Of a stretch of 64,000 nt of DNA, positions 49,536 through 61,400 are shown piece after piece (the first letter of the stretch is position 1; every line of letters starts with the position of its first letter). The stretch comes from Euglena gracilis (Eukaryota), in contig CP154954.1 in the NCBI GenBank assembly GCA_039621445.1, positions 42,964,632 to 43,028,631 on the forward strand. Direction: 5' to 3'. The notes beneath the pieces are model-generated. The model made no database searches, had not been told where the DNA came from, and saw only the letters and a list, made by a program, of their open reading frames with translations. Both the position numbers and the translations under genes were made by a program.

Positions 49536-52500
49536 TTTCGTTTGCACTTCAAGTAAACGCATCTGTCCTCTCGCGTAGTCTGGCCCACACACCCACCACA
49601 ACGTTCTGCGGTGTTGTGCGGATTCCCGCCCAACACCAAATGCCTTCGTTCTGTCCTTCACAGGTTACACGGGTTACCGCCTGGACGTCATAAATACAAC
49701 TACGCTCTCTTTACGCGGTAATCCGCCTAAACCACACTTCACAGTTTTCCTTCACATCACACCAAACACACAACACCCCCCTGTATCACACATCGTTGTG
49801 TTTGTTGTGTGCGGTAATCCGCACACACTCGTGTTGTTCACCTCACCTCACACGCTGTGTGACAACAGACGTACCACCAATATACACCCACATTGTACAC
49901 GTGTTACAATACCGTGCTTTTCTGGTACCTGTAACAGGGGTCTCATCACCACTGTTTTTACGTACCTCTGCGTCGTGTACTGTACGATGCGCGGAATACC
50001 GCACAAAACCACTTTCATAAAATCTTGTCCCAAAGCTGCCACGTAACCCTTGTAACTCAAAATTTTGTTCCTTTTTCGCTGTTTTTAAAACAGCCAAAAA
50101 ACACCAAAAAACGCAAAAATGGCGTGGGCAATTCGCGCCGCCTAAGTAAGGGGAGGGCGGGGGCCGCTGAGGAGTATGGCCGCCGCCCGGCATGGCCGGC
50201 CGGCGGCCCCCGCACCGCATCGCTTCGGCCGGCGGCCCCACTGGGGCCTGATGGGGGGGGGGGGGGGGGGGCGGGGGACGGGAGCGGCCGGGCAAGCAAC
50301 CCCGCTGATCTGGCACGCAGTGGGGGGGGGGACGGGTAGGTTCTCCCTTTCCCCTCTCATGAAGCTGTCCACCCCAGGGAGGATTGAGGGTTAGGGGGCA
50401 ATTTAAGGGTTTGCAGTACTCCCCCAGGAGCTGGCTTGCAGCAAGTTTTAATTTGGTGGGTGGAAATCCTGGTGGACCCTTCCCCCCAGGGGGGGCAGCT
50501 AGCAGGGTTATCTAGTGGAAATTATTTCTAAGTGGCTGGAGCAAAGCGCAGGAAAGGTTTGTTCCCCCCCAAACACACCAAAAAAGTTTATTCTGGCAAT
50601 TTTTTGGATTTTTTTTTGTGAAAATCAGCATTATAACCCAATTTCCCCCTCGCCACGCGGGGAACGTACGCAAGCCTCCCCGCCAAAGTTTTGTTTTTGC
50701 CCTCTGTCTGCCCAGGCTGACCCTGGCGGGGTGGTGTAAGGACGGCCCCCATCTTCAAACCTTCGAATTAATTCGAGCAAGCCCTCCCGGAGGACTCTTC
50801 AACGACAGCCGTCTCGAGGTGGGGCGGTGCAGGCAGGCCGCCGGGTCGGTCCGGTCTTTCTCCGCCGCCCCCTGCACATCGCCGTCATTCTGTCAAAGCA
50901 CAACGCGCTCGGCCCTGGCTTCGCCTGTGTTGGCATGTGTTGCCCCTTTCACAAAGCTGTCCACCCCCTCACGCCGCCTGGTTGGGGGGCCGGGCTTCTC
51001 CTTAAGGGTTCGCAGTGCGCTCCCCTGGGCTCGATTGCAGCTTGTCCAAATAGGCTTGTGCAAATCCTGGTTGCCCCTCCAGCAGAAATGTGTTCGACGT
51101 CTGCTTTCTTGGGCATGTGCGCATTCGCCGACGTTTGCCTCGTGCCACAAAGCGCTGCCTGCCACAGTGGGGATTTGGGGTGCCCATCACCGAGGAATTT
51201 CGCCGGGCACTGAAGTCCCTCTCTCAGCCGTTTTCCCACGGTGTGACACAGTGGAATGAACAGCAGTAGAACGGAGAAAATTCCTGGGTTCGGCTAATTC
51301 AGGTAATGCTTTTTTGTGATGTGCCTGTGCCTGACTCACGGTCTCAAGGGGCCGGAGAAATTTTGGGGCAGGGACTGACCAATGGTTTTCATTTCTTTGA
51401 ACCCATTTGGATCATGAAATAATACCACGTTTATGAACCGCTTTTTTGGCTGTGGTGCCAAAGGTGCCGACAGGTGTGTTTCGCAGTCCAGGTTCCAACG
51501 CACTGAACAGCGTGTGGGTAATCAGACACGATCCCCAGCGTTAACCCTGGTCGTGGGGCACAGTGCTCCTGGCACCGTGCACCGCAGCCCAGTGTGAGGT
51601 TGTTCAGAGGATGGTTGGCTGTGTGTTGCTGTGCACGCCCTGGGGCTTGGGGTTGGACAACACTGGCATGGATTCACCCATCACCTCCGCAGGGTGGGGG
51701 ACGGTGTGCATGTGCGTTGTGATGTGCTCCGCTCTACAGGTTTATGAGAGCAGCACCAGGGCTGGGCACTGGACAGCGGTGGGTGACCCGGAATGCGCAG
51801 ATGCGCATTCTGATTTATCCGATGATTTGAGCTGCAGGGGATGGTCTCCTGTTACTCTGTTACTGAAAGGACGTGAATGTGTTTGTGGCGCCTGCCATCG
51901 CCGAGCCCACGGTTTTCCACGCCGCTGCAGGTGTCGGGTTTCATCGTGTGGCCAGGCACAGCGACACTCCTGCCAAGGATGACTCTCCTGGTTCACCTCC
52001 TTTCAGACCCCCATGTCCTGCACGACCAAGGCCATATCCCAGTCGTGCACACATTGGATCCAAGACAGGCAAACAACGGTGTGTTCCAGTGTGTCTTTCA
52101 ACATCAATGCTTGGGGGTGCATTCCCGCTTCCCACAGCTTGTGTCCATTCCAAAAATGCGCACCTGCGCATTTTCTTGGGGTTCCAAAACGGTGCATGTG
52201 CGCATTTTCCGGGCTTGGGACTCTGTTGCAGTCCTGTTGTTCCGCCCCTGGGAGGGCTGTGTCTCCATGGCCGCAGGAAGTTCCTTCCCACGCTCACCCC
52301 CAGGTCTCCAGGCCCTGCCACTGGGAACCATCAGCACGCACCAGTGAAGACACAGTGATAAATCTACGTCGGGGTTGGCCTGCGTCGCCCATGTTCCACA
52401 TGCCATGTGGAGCGTGCCACGTGTTTGTCCAGCCACGCACTATGCTACAGTCATCGCGAACAGCTGCAAATGGGATGACACGCAGCAAAACCAGAAATGA

Positions 52501-53286
52501 GGGGATGGGCCTTGTGGTCATATTAAACTTAAAAAGCCCAGTTCTGAGGAGTTTTCACCCAGTTCCAAGGCTTTTTTTCCATCACAAAATCATCATTAAA
52601 ATAGAAAAATGGCCCCAAAATGGCTCGAAATGGTCGAAAACCGTCCGAAAATGGCTGCTTGATAGGCTGAAATGGCGCCACTTTGCCTGGTGGGGTTCTA
52701 AACATCACCAGAAAATGGCCCTGTCCCAGAAAACCACATAGCGTGTTTAGGCATGTTTTGGAACATTTTCTGTGCATTTGGGACATTTTTAGCACATATT
52801 TGAGGCTGAATTTGGCGCATATCCCCCCCCCTGCCTTGGGGGAATCGCGACAAGATTTTTTCTTTTTTAAACCTGCAAGGGGGTCCAGCCTGACCCGAAC
52901 TGGGGGTCACAGAAGGGGTCCATTTCTTGCGTGATGTTTTTATCATTGGGCTCCATGTGCTGCGATATGAGGTTGCCACCCAGGCTTCTGCTCAGTTTTC
53001 AGGTGCAGGGAATCCCTTATGAACAAAATTTTCACTGGTAAAAAGGGCATTTTGAGGGTTTCGGGCTGTCACCTCAAGATTTTGTCTCAGACATTGCTAC
53101 CCAGCTGGAGGTGTGTCTTTTTTTTGCTTTTGCCAGTTTTTGGGCACCTGTCAGGGGGTCCAGCCAGCACCCTTTTCCAGCCGCCGGCTGGACCCCCCCC
53201 ACCCCCCCCCCCTCCAGGCCCCAAAGCAATCCCATGGTCAAGCCATGGTCGAGTGACGCCAAGTGACGACCCCCCCCCCAATTGGG

Positions 53287-53711
53287 GTAACCCCCCCCAA
53301 TAGCAGGGCATGCCCTCTACAAGAGCAGGGTCCAAATAGTAGAGCAGCCCCCCTCTGGCGAAGCGAGCGTCCACTACAAGAGCACCCCCTGGAAAACCAA
53401 TGGAAGCAGAAGCAAGGCACGCCATTCCATGTGATTGTGGCAAGGTTTGTAACTTGCCTGAAAAAGGCAAGCTTCCCAGAGCTCAGCGGCTGAACAATTC
53501 CTCCAACCTCGGCTGCCGTTTGCGCTTGGCTGCCGGTTTAGGTGGAGGAAGGGAGGCTGAGGGGACCGGAAACTGACTGGGTGCTGGAACGCTGTAGGAA
53601 AATGTGTGTGAGGTCCACTACAAGAGCAGGGTCCAAATAGAAGAGCACCCCCTCTCTGGCGAAGCGAGCGTCCACTACAAGAGCACCCGCTCTACAATTA
53701 GGGGGGGTTAC
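53287..53711. repeat. Small element with inverted ends and an internal ~75-bp direct repeat
   Basis: Ends GTAACCCCCCC / GGGGGGGTTAC. CTACAAGAGCAGGGTCCAAATAG...GGCGAAGCGAGCGTCCACTACAAGAGCACCC occurs at ~53317 and ~53617. Confidence 0.6.
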
Positions 53712-53822
53712 AACAACGTTTTGTTCCACACACCAGATGTGCGTGCCCGGCGCACATTTTGTCCGGGTGGGCGGCTGGCCTGGCCCCCTCGCCCTCTCCC
53801 TCCCGCAGACCCCCGGCCGGCG

Positions 53823-56070
53823 ATGCCTCCCCGCTCCGCGGCGCTGCCCCTCCCGCTGTTGCTGGTGGCCGCTGCCCTCCTCCCCGGCCCCGGCCCGGCG
53901 CTGGCCGCCAAACCCCCCGCTGGTCCAGAGGTTTTTTTAAGTTTCGTGGCCCAGGGAGGGGGTGGGTGGGTCCCGGGTGCAACACAGGGAGGGCGTACAG
54001 GGTTTGGGTGGGGCGGTGTCCCCCCCACCCGTCCGGACCACCCCCCCCCACCTGCCAAGGAGGGTCCGGACCGAGTGGAGCGGTCTGGGTGACCGATTTT
54101 TGGCTTGGCGCAAAGGGCCAGGCCGAACAGTTTTGACCCCCCGAAACGACCAAACGTGCCATTTTGGGCCCTTTTTATCAAAAGTGAAAAAATTTTCGGC
54201 ACAAGCGCCGGAAGGAAAATTTTGACTTTTTGGGGGGTGGGGTCCCAACCCCCCTAACCCCCTCCCCAAAAGTAAGACCCCCCCTGGACGTTCCGAGCAA
54301 AAATCCATGAAATGGACCCCCCATGAAAGGAATGGCCGGAGGCCTGAAGGAAGGCACGACAAGGGGTGGAAAAAAAATTTTATGATCATGCATCAGTAGC
54401 ACAGCTTCACTGGATAATGGTCCCCGGTCAGGGCCTTCGCCTCTTTCTCTTGTGTCTCACTTTGGCCATCCTCAGAGATATCTTTATAGGGCCGCTCCTC
54501 CAGCCAAGTGATCTCTTTCCCCGTCGCCCTGGGTCACCAGGACTCTGACTCTCACTGAATCCATGAAGCAAGTCTTCAGCAATGGCATTTTGTGCCATGT
54601 TTATGTCTATGAACGGGAAAAAAAAATGACGTGAGAATCAGTGCTTCCCACAATAATTTCCCAAAAACAAAAATTTTCCAGCAAAAAATGCATAAAATGG
54701 ACCCCCTCCCATGAATAAGACACCCGACCGCAACAGCAACCGACCCATGAAATGGACCCAGGGTCTTATTTGGGGGGGGGGGTAAATTTTAGGACCCCCA
54801 AAAAAACCCAAAAGTGGGTCCCCCTGAGCCCCCCCCCCAGGTGGTGGGTGGGTGGCTGGGTCCTTTAAAAAAAAGCTCTTCTCCGACCCCTGGGCGACAC
54901 CCAGTTGGCGGAGCTGCGGCTCGAGGCGGAACGTCAACAATGGACCTTCGAGGTCGGGCCCACCCAGGGAGGGAATGTCTCCCATGGCACCACAGTGCAC
55001 AATCGCAACAGGCACACACACACACACACACACACACAAACCAAGTTGAAGTACACGCTTCCAAATTTTCTTCCGGACATCATTCTTCTGGTGGTTGTGT
55101 GGTTGTGGTGGTTGTTGTGTGTTTTTTTATGCAAAAAACAATCTCTTGGGCGGCCAAACTCGTACTTCATCTTTTTTTTGGTCGGTGTACTCATTTTCGC
55201 ACACGTCGAAAAGTTTAATTTTGGCGCTGGCGTCAAAAGAACACAAGAACTTTGAGCGAAAGGGAGCACGACGACGACAAATCCGAGCGAATTACCATTT
55301 TTGGCCCTGGCTCTCCCGGGATTTTTGTGTTTTTTTTTAATGGTCAGCATGGCACAAAAACCCCTGGACCTATCCCCCCAAAAGTGAAAAAAGCCAACCA
55401 AAATACCAAAACCCCAGTGCAGCCACCCCCTTTGGCCCTTTGCTTGCTTTTGAAGCCCTGGGGCACGTTGTGGAGGTTTTTGAAGTTGGTCGCGAAAGAA
55501 GTGGAAACGCATGCACAACAAATACAATGGACTGTATGAGAATTCTGCCGTGCTGCATGTGTGTGCATTAGTACGTGCGTGCTTGTGTGGTCTGTTATGC
55601 GTGCCATGCGGACATCAGTGTGTTTTGTGTCGTCCGTGATGCTTACCCAAGGCAGAGGTCCCCCCCCCCCGGGTCTTTGGACACCCGCCATCCCTGCCCA
55701 CAACGACGCCACGAACCGCTCCCTCTCCCAGCTGTGCGGCTTGAAGGTGCCCCGCAACATTGACGAGCTGGTGGCTGACAACACCGCCCCACCGCCAGGG
55801 GGCCCTGGGGGGGGGTGGAGAACAGGGCATAGTGGCGCTCCAAGTGCTTACCCCGAAAAAGCATTTTGCCTAAATTGGCAAAACTCGCACTACTATATAT
55901 ATGTATGTATGTGCGTGCGTATGCATATATATATATATATTATATATATATATATTATATTATATATGTGTGTGTATGTTTCTGTGTGTATATAGAGAGA
56001 GAGGTATGTATGTATGTATGGATGTATGTTTGTATGTATGTAGGTAGGTAGGTAGGTGGGTGGGTAGGTT

Positions 56071-56137
<67 letters not shown>

Positions 56138-57083
56138 CGGGGGGTTCCCATGCGCCCCTCCTAAAGGGTTTATCGGGTCATTGAAGGAGTAGGGCTAGGG
56201 TAAGATTTTTAGGCCGCTCTCCATGCAATTTGGGCGAGGGGGGGTTCTGCGCCCAGGGGCCCCCACCCCATCGCTGGAGGCCGCCCCGCTGCCCCTCAAC
56301 TTCGACTGGCGGGAGGTCATCCGCAAGTATTACAAAGGCCGGGGCGTTGCCTGGGCTGAGGGGTGGGGGTTCCTGGCGCGAGATTTGCTGGCGTTTCCGC
56401 CTTGACCGTTCCTTGGGGGGCTTGCTTTAGTGCGGTCTGCCCCTCCCCCTGCCTTTGCCAGGGCGGTCCTGTCCCTCGCTGTGCGGATGGAACATCAGAT
56501 CCATCATCTCTGGGGTGTGAGACTTAGGCGGTGGTTGCCCCGAGGGCATACGTGGGGGGGATGGAATGCATTTGCGCCCACTGATGGATGGAATCCGGCC
56601 GGGGTCTGTGATTTGGCAGCCAGAATAGAGGGCCCCCAGAACTACCCCTTCCAGGTTCAAAAAAGTTTCAATTCCGCCGTTCGAGAGGCGTTTTTGGTAA
56701 TGCAGGGGCATCGCTGCAAGAGGGCAGCCGGAACTCGGCTCCCATGCCTGCCGCATGTCATGCCTGGCATTCCGTCACAGCGAATACCGGCATGGCCACC
56801 TGGCTGAACAGTTGCTGCTGAACTGCCACCCAATGCCATGTACACATCTGCCCCCCCCCTCTGTTTAATGTTCACGTTTGTACCTCCCCCCCATCCTTGA
56901 TGCAGCTTGTTTGTGATACACACATACACTGTGTCCACTGCATTCTCCCCGCACTGTGGCGTGTCAAGGACAAGGGAGTGTTACAGCGACCGCTCCACGT
57001 CAGAGAACAGGCGGCCAGGGGATTGCTTTTTTTCCCCGATCTTTGGACATGAGGGGGAGGCTAAACAACCCCGTCCACACACA

Positions 57084-57164
<81 letters not shown>

Positions 57165-58372
57165 CCCCCAAAATAATGCCCCCGGGGTGTTATTTTTTCG
57201 CCCGAAGTCCCGACCCAAGGGGGGGGGTATTATTTGGGGGTTTTACTCCACAATTTCCACACCGCGCACAGTAGCCTCCATTTCTGGGCCCCCGAGGGAT
57301 GGGGGGGGCAGCGCCCCGGGGGCAGCGAAGTGCCGGTGCGTAACCAGGGCAGCTGCGGCTCCTGCTGGGCCTTCGCCACCGTGGGCCCGATGGAGATGGT
57401 GCAGCCCATCCCCTGGGGGGGGGGAGCCGGGGCCCTGTGATGTGGGTGGGGCCGGCCCGTCTGCCGGGTGTGCCTGCTCCGGGTGTGTGCTCCAATGAGC
57501 GGGTGGCCGTGTGTTGGGGGGTTCATGGCACACAAATGGGGAGGGCTGGGTTATTTGAGAGGCATTGGGATGCCGGGTCGATTCCGCAAGGAGCACCAAC
57601 CACAAAATAAAAAAAGAATCATGGGCTCAACCACAGAGCAGACTCCAAGCACAATTCGCTGCCGCTTTATTCAATTAAGCAGTGTTCCGGAGTTCAGTTT
57701 AGCTCCAGCTTGAGGAATTTCTTGGATTTGCCCTCTCCGGCCATTTTCCCAAAACTTTCCAATAACACTGAATAATCGATAAGTTGCCACGTTGTTTTAC
57801 AGTCTTTTTTTTAGGCAACATGTGTTTGCCTTCCTTTCTGCCCTCCATGGTATGGCGGCAGATGGTGTGCTCTGCAAGTGCTCGCTAACCAGACCCCCTT
57901 CTGCGCCCCCCCCCCTCCCTCTCATGGATTCCCCGCCCAGAGGATGGCCCCGAAGATCCTGACGGGCGTCACCCAGGACCTCTCCGAGCAGTTCCTCCTC
58001 TCGTGCGCGCGGAACTACCGTGTGCAGGGGGGGCCCCCTCCTCATCGGGCAGGCTCCGGTGCTGTCGTCCCTGGTTGGACACCAGCAGGGCTGCAGCACA
58101 CGTCCCCGCCCCACGCACCGGGTGCATTCCCCGCCACACCTCCCCAACCCCCACCGGCTGTCTTTCCGCGGCAGTCCCCAACGAGGTCCCCGGGTGCTGT
58201 GCCTCGGGTGCTCATGCTGGTCCCTCCTGGCATCAGCCAGTACGGCTACGGCGTCTACAGCTGCGCAGGGGGCTGGTTCGTGCACGACATGCACAAGGCC
58301 CCCGGGGCGTTCCGCGAGACGAGCTACCCATACGTGGCGAAGGGCCAGTCCCCCGGCGGTTCTGGGGTTGTG

Positions 58373-58412
<40 letters not shown>

Positions 58413-61400
58413 GCCTGTCTGAAACATGATAAGGACACAAGCGCGGCTGTGAGCTGACCTCCGGAGGGCTGTTCGCCTGACACCGTCTGCAATATCAAGA
58501 ACCTTGCCCCGGCGTTCAAAATCAACGGCTGGAGCTATGCGCAGTGTGGGACGCCCCCCCCTTAAGCATTGGTCCGACCTTTCTGAGCCAACTAATTTCG
58601 CGTCACTCAACACAACCCAAAGGGAGGCATCCCATCCACCCTTTTGGGCGGCCATCATTGCTCATGTATGAAGTCATACCGTTCCCTGTCTAGGACACCG
58701 CATGGAACCCTCCCGCACCAAATGGAACCTGCTCCGTTTCAACAGCAACATTTTTGGAACGCAGATTTTTTTTTCTGCGGGAGCTTCAAAATTGGCTGGG
58801 AAACATGGCACCAGAATGATATGTCGCAAGGCGTCGGTCACACACATCGACGACCTCTTCGACCTGTCTTTGCTTTCCTGTCTGGAATCCAATTTTTCCT
58901 TCTGGTACAACCAACTGCCTAAATTCCTACTGGTATAACCAATCATCCACGCCACCGATGATGAGGGGGGAGGACTTCATTTATTGAACCCTGACGGCAC
59001 ATTACGTCGGGATACGGCGCAGGCACAGTCCGCGCTTGAGTTCATGTCAACGCCACCCACCCCACACACAGCATCGTGGCCATGTCCGTTTCCCCGTGAA
59101 GGTTCAGCCCGGGGCCCATTCTGAATGGTGCCGGGTGACAATTGTCCTGGGGGGGGGGCGCTGATGCACCAACACACCGGATCGTGCCGCGTGGCCGTCG
59201 CCCAGCAACCCCCCCCTCCCTCCCTCCCCTCCCCGCCGCCCGTTCCCTCCCTGGCCCCGTCAGCCAGCCGGCCAGCCTGCCGGGGCAGGTGGAGGCCATC
59301 AAGCAGGCCATCTGGCGGCAGGGGCCCGTGGCGGTGGCGGTGGCGGTGGACCCCGCCTTCCAGGCGTACAGGAGGCCAGGGCGGCCCCGGTGCCGGTCCC
59401 AAGCCCCAGTTCCACGTGTGTGTGCGTGGGTTCCGCGCTGCACAGCATCGGTTCCTATTCCATCGTTCCATTGTTTTGCCATGAGCAAGGACATCTGCGC
59501 ATTTTGAACCCCCACCCCCCCGCCTGACGCTGGTGCAAAGTGCTGAGAAAGAATTGGAACCAAACTAACCCCCCCAAATGGGTCCCCCAGAGCTCCCCTC
59601 CCCTTGGGGGACCCCCAGGCAGGGTTTGATAAAAGGAGGGCGTACATGGTTCAGGTGGGGGGTCGCCCCCCCCCCCTCCTGGCCCGCAGGGGGGGTCCGG
59701 ACCACCCCCCCCCCACCTGCCAGGGGGGTCCGGACCGACCCTTGGGAGGTACCCGGGACCCCCCCCCCCAAAAGGGTCAATTTTTTCCTCCGGCGCTTTG
59801 CGCCGAAAAATTTTTTGCATTTTTGGCACATTTTTGCCCTAAAAGTGCCCAAAATGGCACTTTTGGTCGTTTTGGGGGGTCAAAAATTTTCGGTCACCCT
59901 GACCGCGCAACTGTTTAGGTGGGGGGGTGTCCCCCCCCCACCCCCCCCCCCTGGCCCGCAGGGGGGGGGTCCGGACCCCCCCACCTGTCCTTATATCGAA
60001 CCCTGCCCCCAGGGGGTTGGCGGGCAGGCGGACAGGAACGTGGGTGGTCCCGGACCCCCTCCCCCTGGGCAAAAAAAGCCGGCACAAAGCGCAAGCGCCG
60101 GAAAAGTTTTTTTGAGGGGCTTAAAAAAGTGCCCAAAATTGTGTTTTCAGGTGTTTTCCAAATTTCCAAACATTTTTCTCCAGATTAACAAAAACAGATT
60201 ATAAAAGCATAAGTCTCCCTGCCAGGGAAGGAAAAAAATTGGTTCTATGCCCCCCCCCCCGGGCCCTAAGGGGGGTCTGTGCCACCCCTGGGGGGGTGGA
60301 CCCCACCTCCCCTCCCCCTATGCAAAACCAACGCTCACTTATTACCCTGTACCCTCAACATTATTTTGGCATTTTCTGTCATTTTGTTGCAGATCTTACC
60401 ATTTTTTGACGTATTGTACCATTGTTTTAACAGAGAGACAACATTAGTTCACAGTTATTCGCGTATTTTATGACAAACATGGTATCTAAAAAGATTGCAT
60501 CATTGACCAGGGAGGGGATGGTCGTTGGACAATGCTTCTTGGTGTGCTTCACTCACTTGACATGCGACCCCAAACAATGCTGCCAGGAATTGTGACGTTC
60601 AGATTGGTTTTTTTTTTAGAACCGGTCCCTTCCGCCTCCGGGGGAGGGAGGGGGGTCCGGGACCACCCCCTCCCCCCTCATTTGATACCCACCCCCCCCC
60701 CTTCGGCTGGCCAACCAAACCTGATCCTTCAAACCCGAGAGGTTCATAGACAATGGATGGGGGGATGTTGCTGCCACCTATGTCCAGTTTGACTCCAGCT
60801 CCAGCTCCCCCCCCCCGTCTGACGACAGCCCTGAGACCCCCAGTCTGGTCGAAGGCGATTAGTGGTCATTGGACAGGGGGGGGTACCTCCCTGTTGGACA
60901 GTTGTCGACATGAACCAGCCCTCTTGGGGAGTGACCTCGAGGACCCCCAAAGAACTCTGGGACGCGTTGGGGAGATGGGTGGGCAGTTTGACATCCCCTC
61001 TTTGCTGCCCAACTTGTGGCGCGACATTTCCCCAGGGAGGTGAGGTGTGGGTGTATGGGTGTGGGTGTATGGGTGTGGGTGTGTGGGTATGTGGATGTGC
61101 GTATGCATTGTGTTGCTTGTTGTGTGGTGTGTGTTGTGTGCGCGCGTGCGCGCCTGCCTGCCTGCCTGCATCTTTTCATGCATGCATGCATGCATGTGTT
61201 CATGTGTGGTGAATCGTCCTGGCAATGAAAACCTGCTGTCACCCTCCAGTGCCGCTCTGTTTCCGTGGCATTTTCAATGCCGACAACTCCCTGCCTATCG
61301 ATCACGGCGCGGACTTGTTTCCATCCTTTTGAGGCCAAAGAACTGTTGACTGTCAGGTGGAGGGGATTTCAGTGCCAGATGACAAAACCAGGCAAAGGCA

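Larger units (their letters stand above)
37573..50004. promoter_or_regulatory. Dispersed array of at least 38 palindromic 16-bp sites, RYRCGG-N4(AT-rich)-CCGYRY
   Basis: Position of the C of CGG: 37576, 37651, 37997, 38090, 38288, 39157, 39194, 39939, 39966, 40488, 40798, 40827, 41857, 42617, 42657, 43105, 43512, 44004, 44491, 44521, 45530, 45610, 46415, 46446, 46636, 47343, 47540, 47639, 47742, 48034, 48429, 48754, 49125, 49619, 49670, 49716, 49812, 49992. The motif is directly seen; a binding-site function is inferred. Confidence 0.8.
37520..50146 (-). mobile_element. 12.6-kb autonomous-type DNA transposon
   Basis: Perfect 22-bp TIRs CTTAGGCGGCGCGAATTGCCCA (37520-37541) / TGGGCAATTCGCGCCGCCTAAG (50125-50146). 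5-bp direct repeat TAAGG at 37515-37519 and 50147-50151. Internal genes are all on the minus strand, and the interior lacks the MITE and microsatellite clutter of the flanks. Confidence 0.88.

Noticed and set aside
37520-50146. Prophage, plasmid or bacterial contaminant explanation for the ParB gene
   Set aside because: Genes contain GT-AG and host-type non-canonical introns, no phage or plasmid genes are present, and the element has TIRs and a TSD within host sequence.
57399-57940. Canonical GT-AG reading of this protease intron
   Set aside because: Possible, but it adds two residues relative to the alternative. The paired-end reading 57404-57951 (CAT/ATG stem) fits the local rule better. 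Left unresolved without cDNA.
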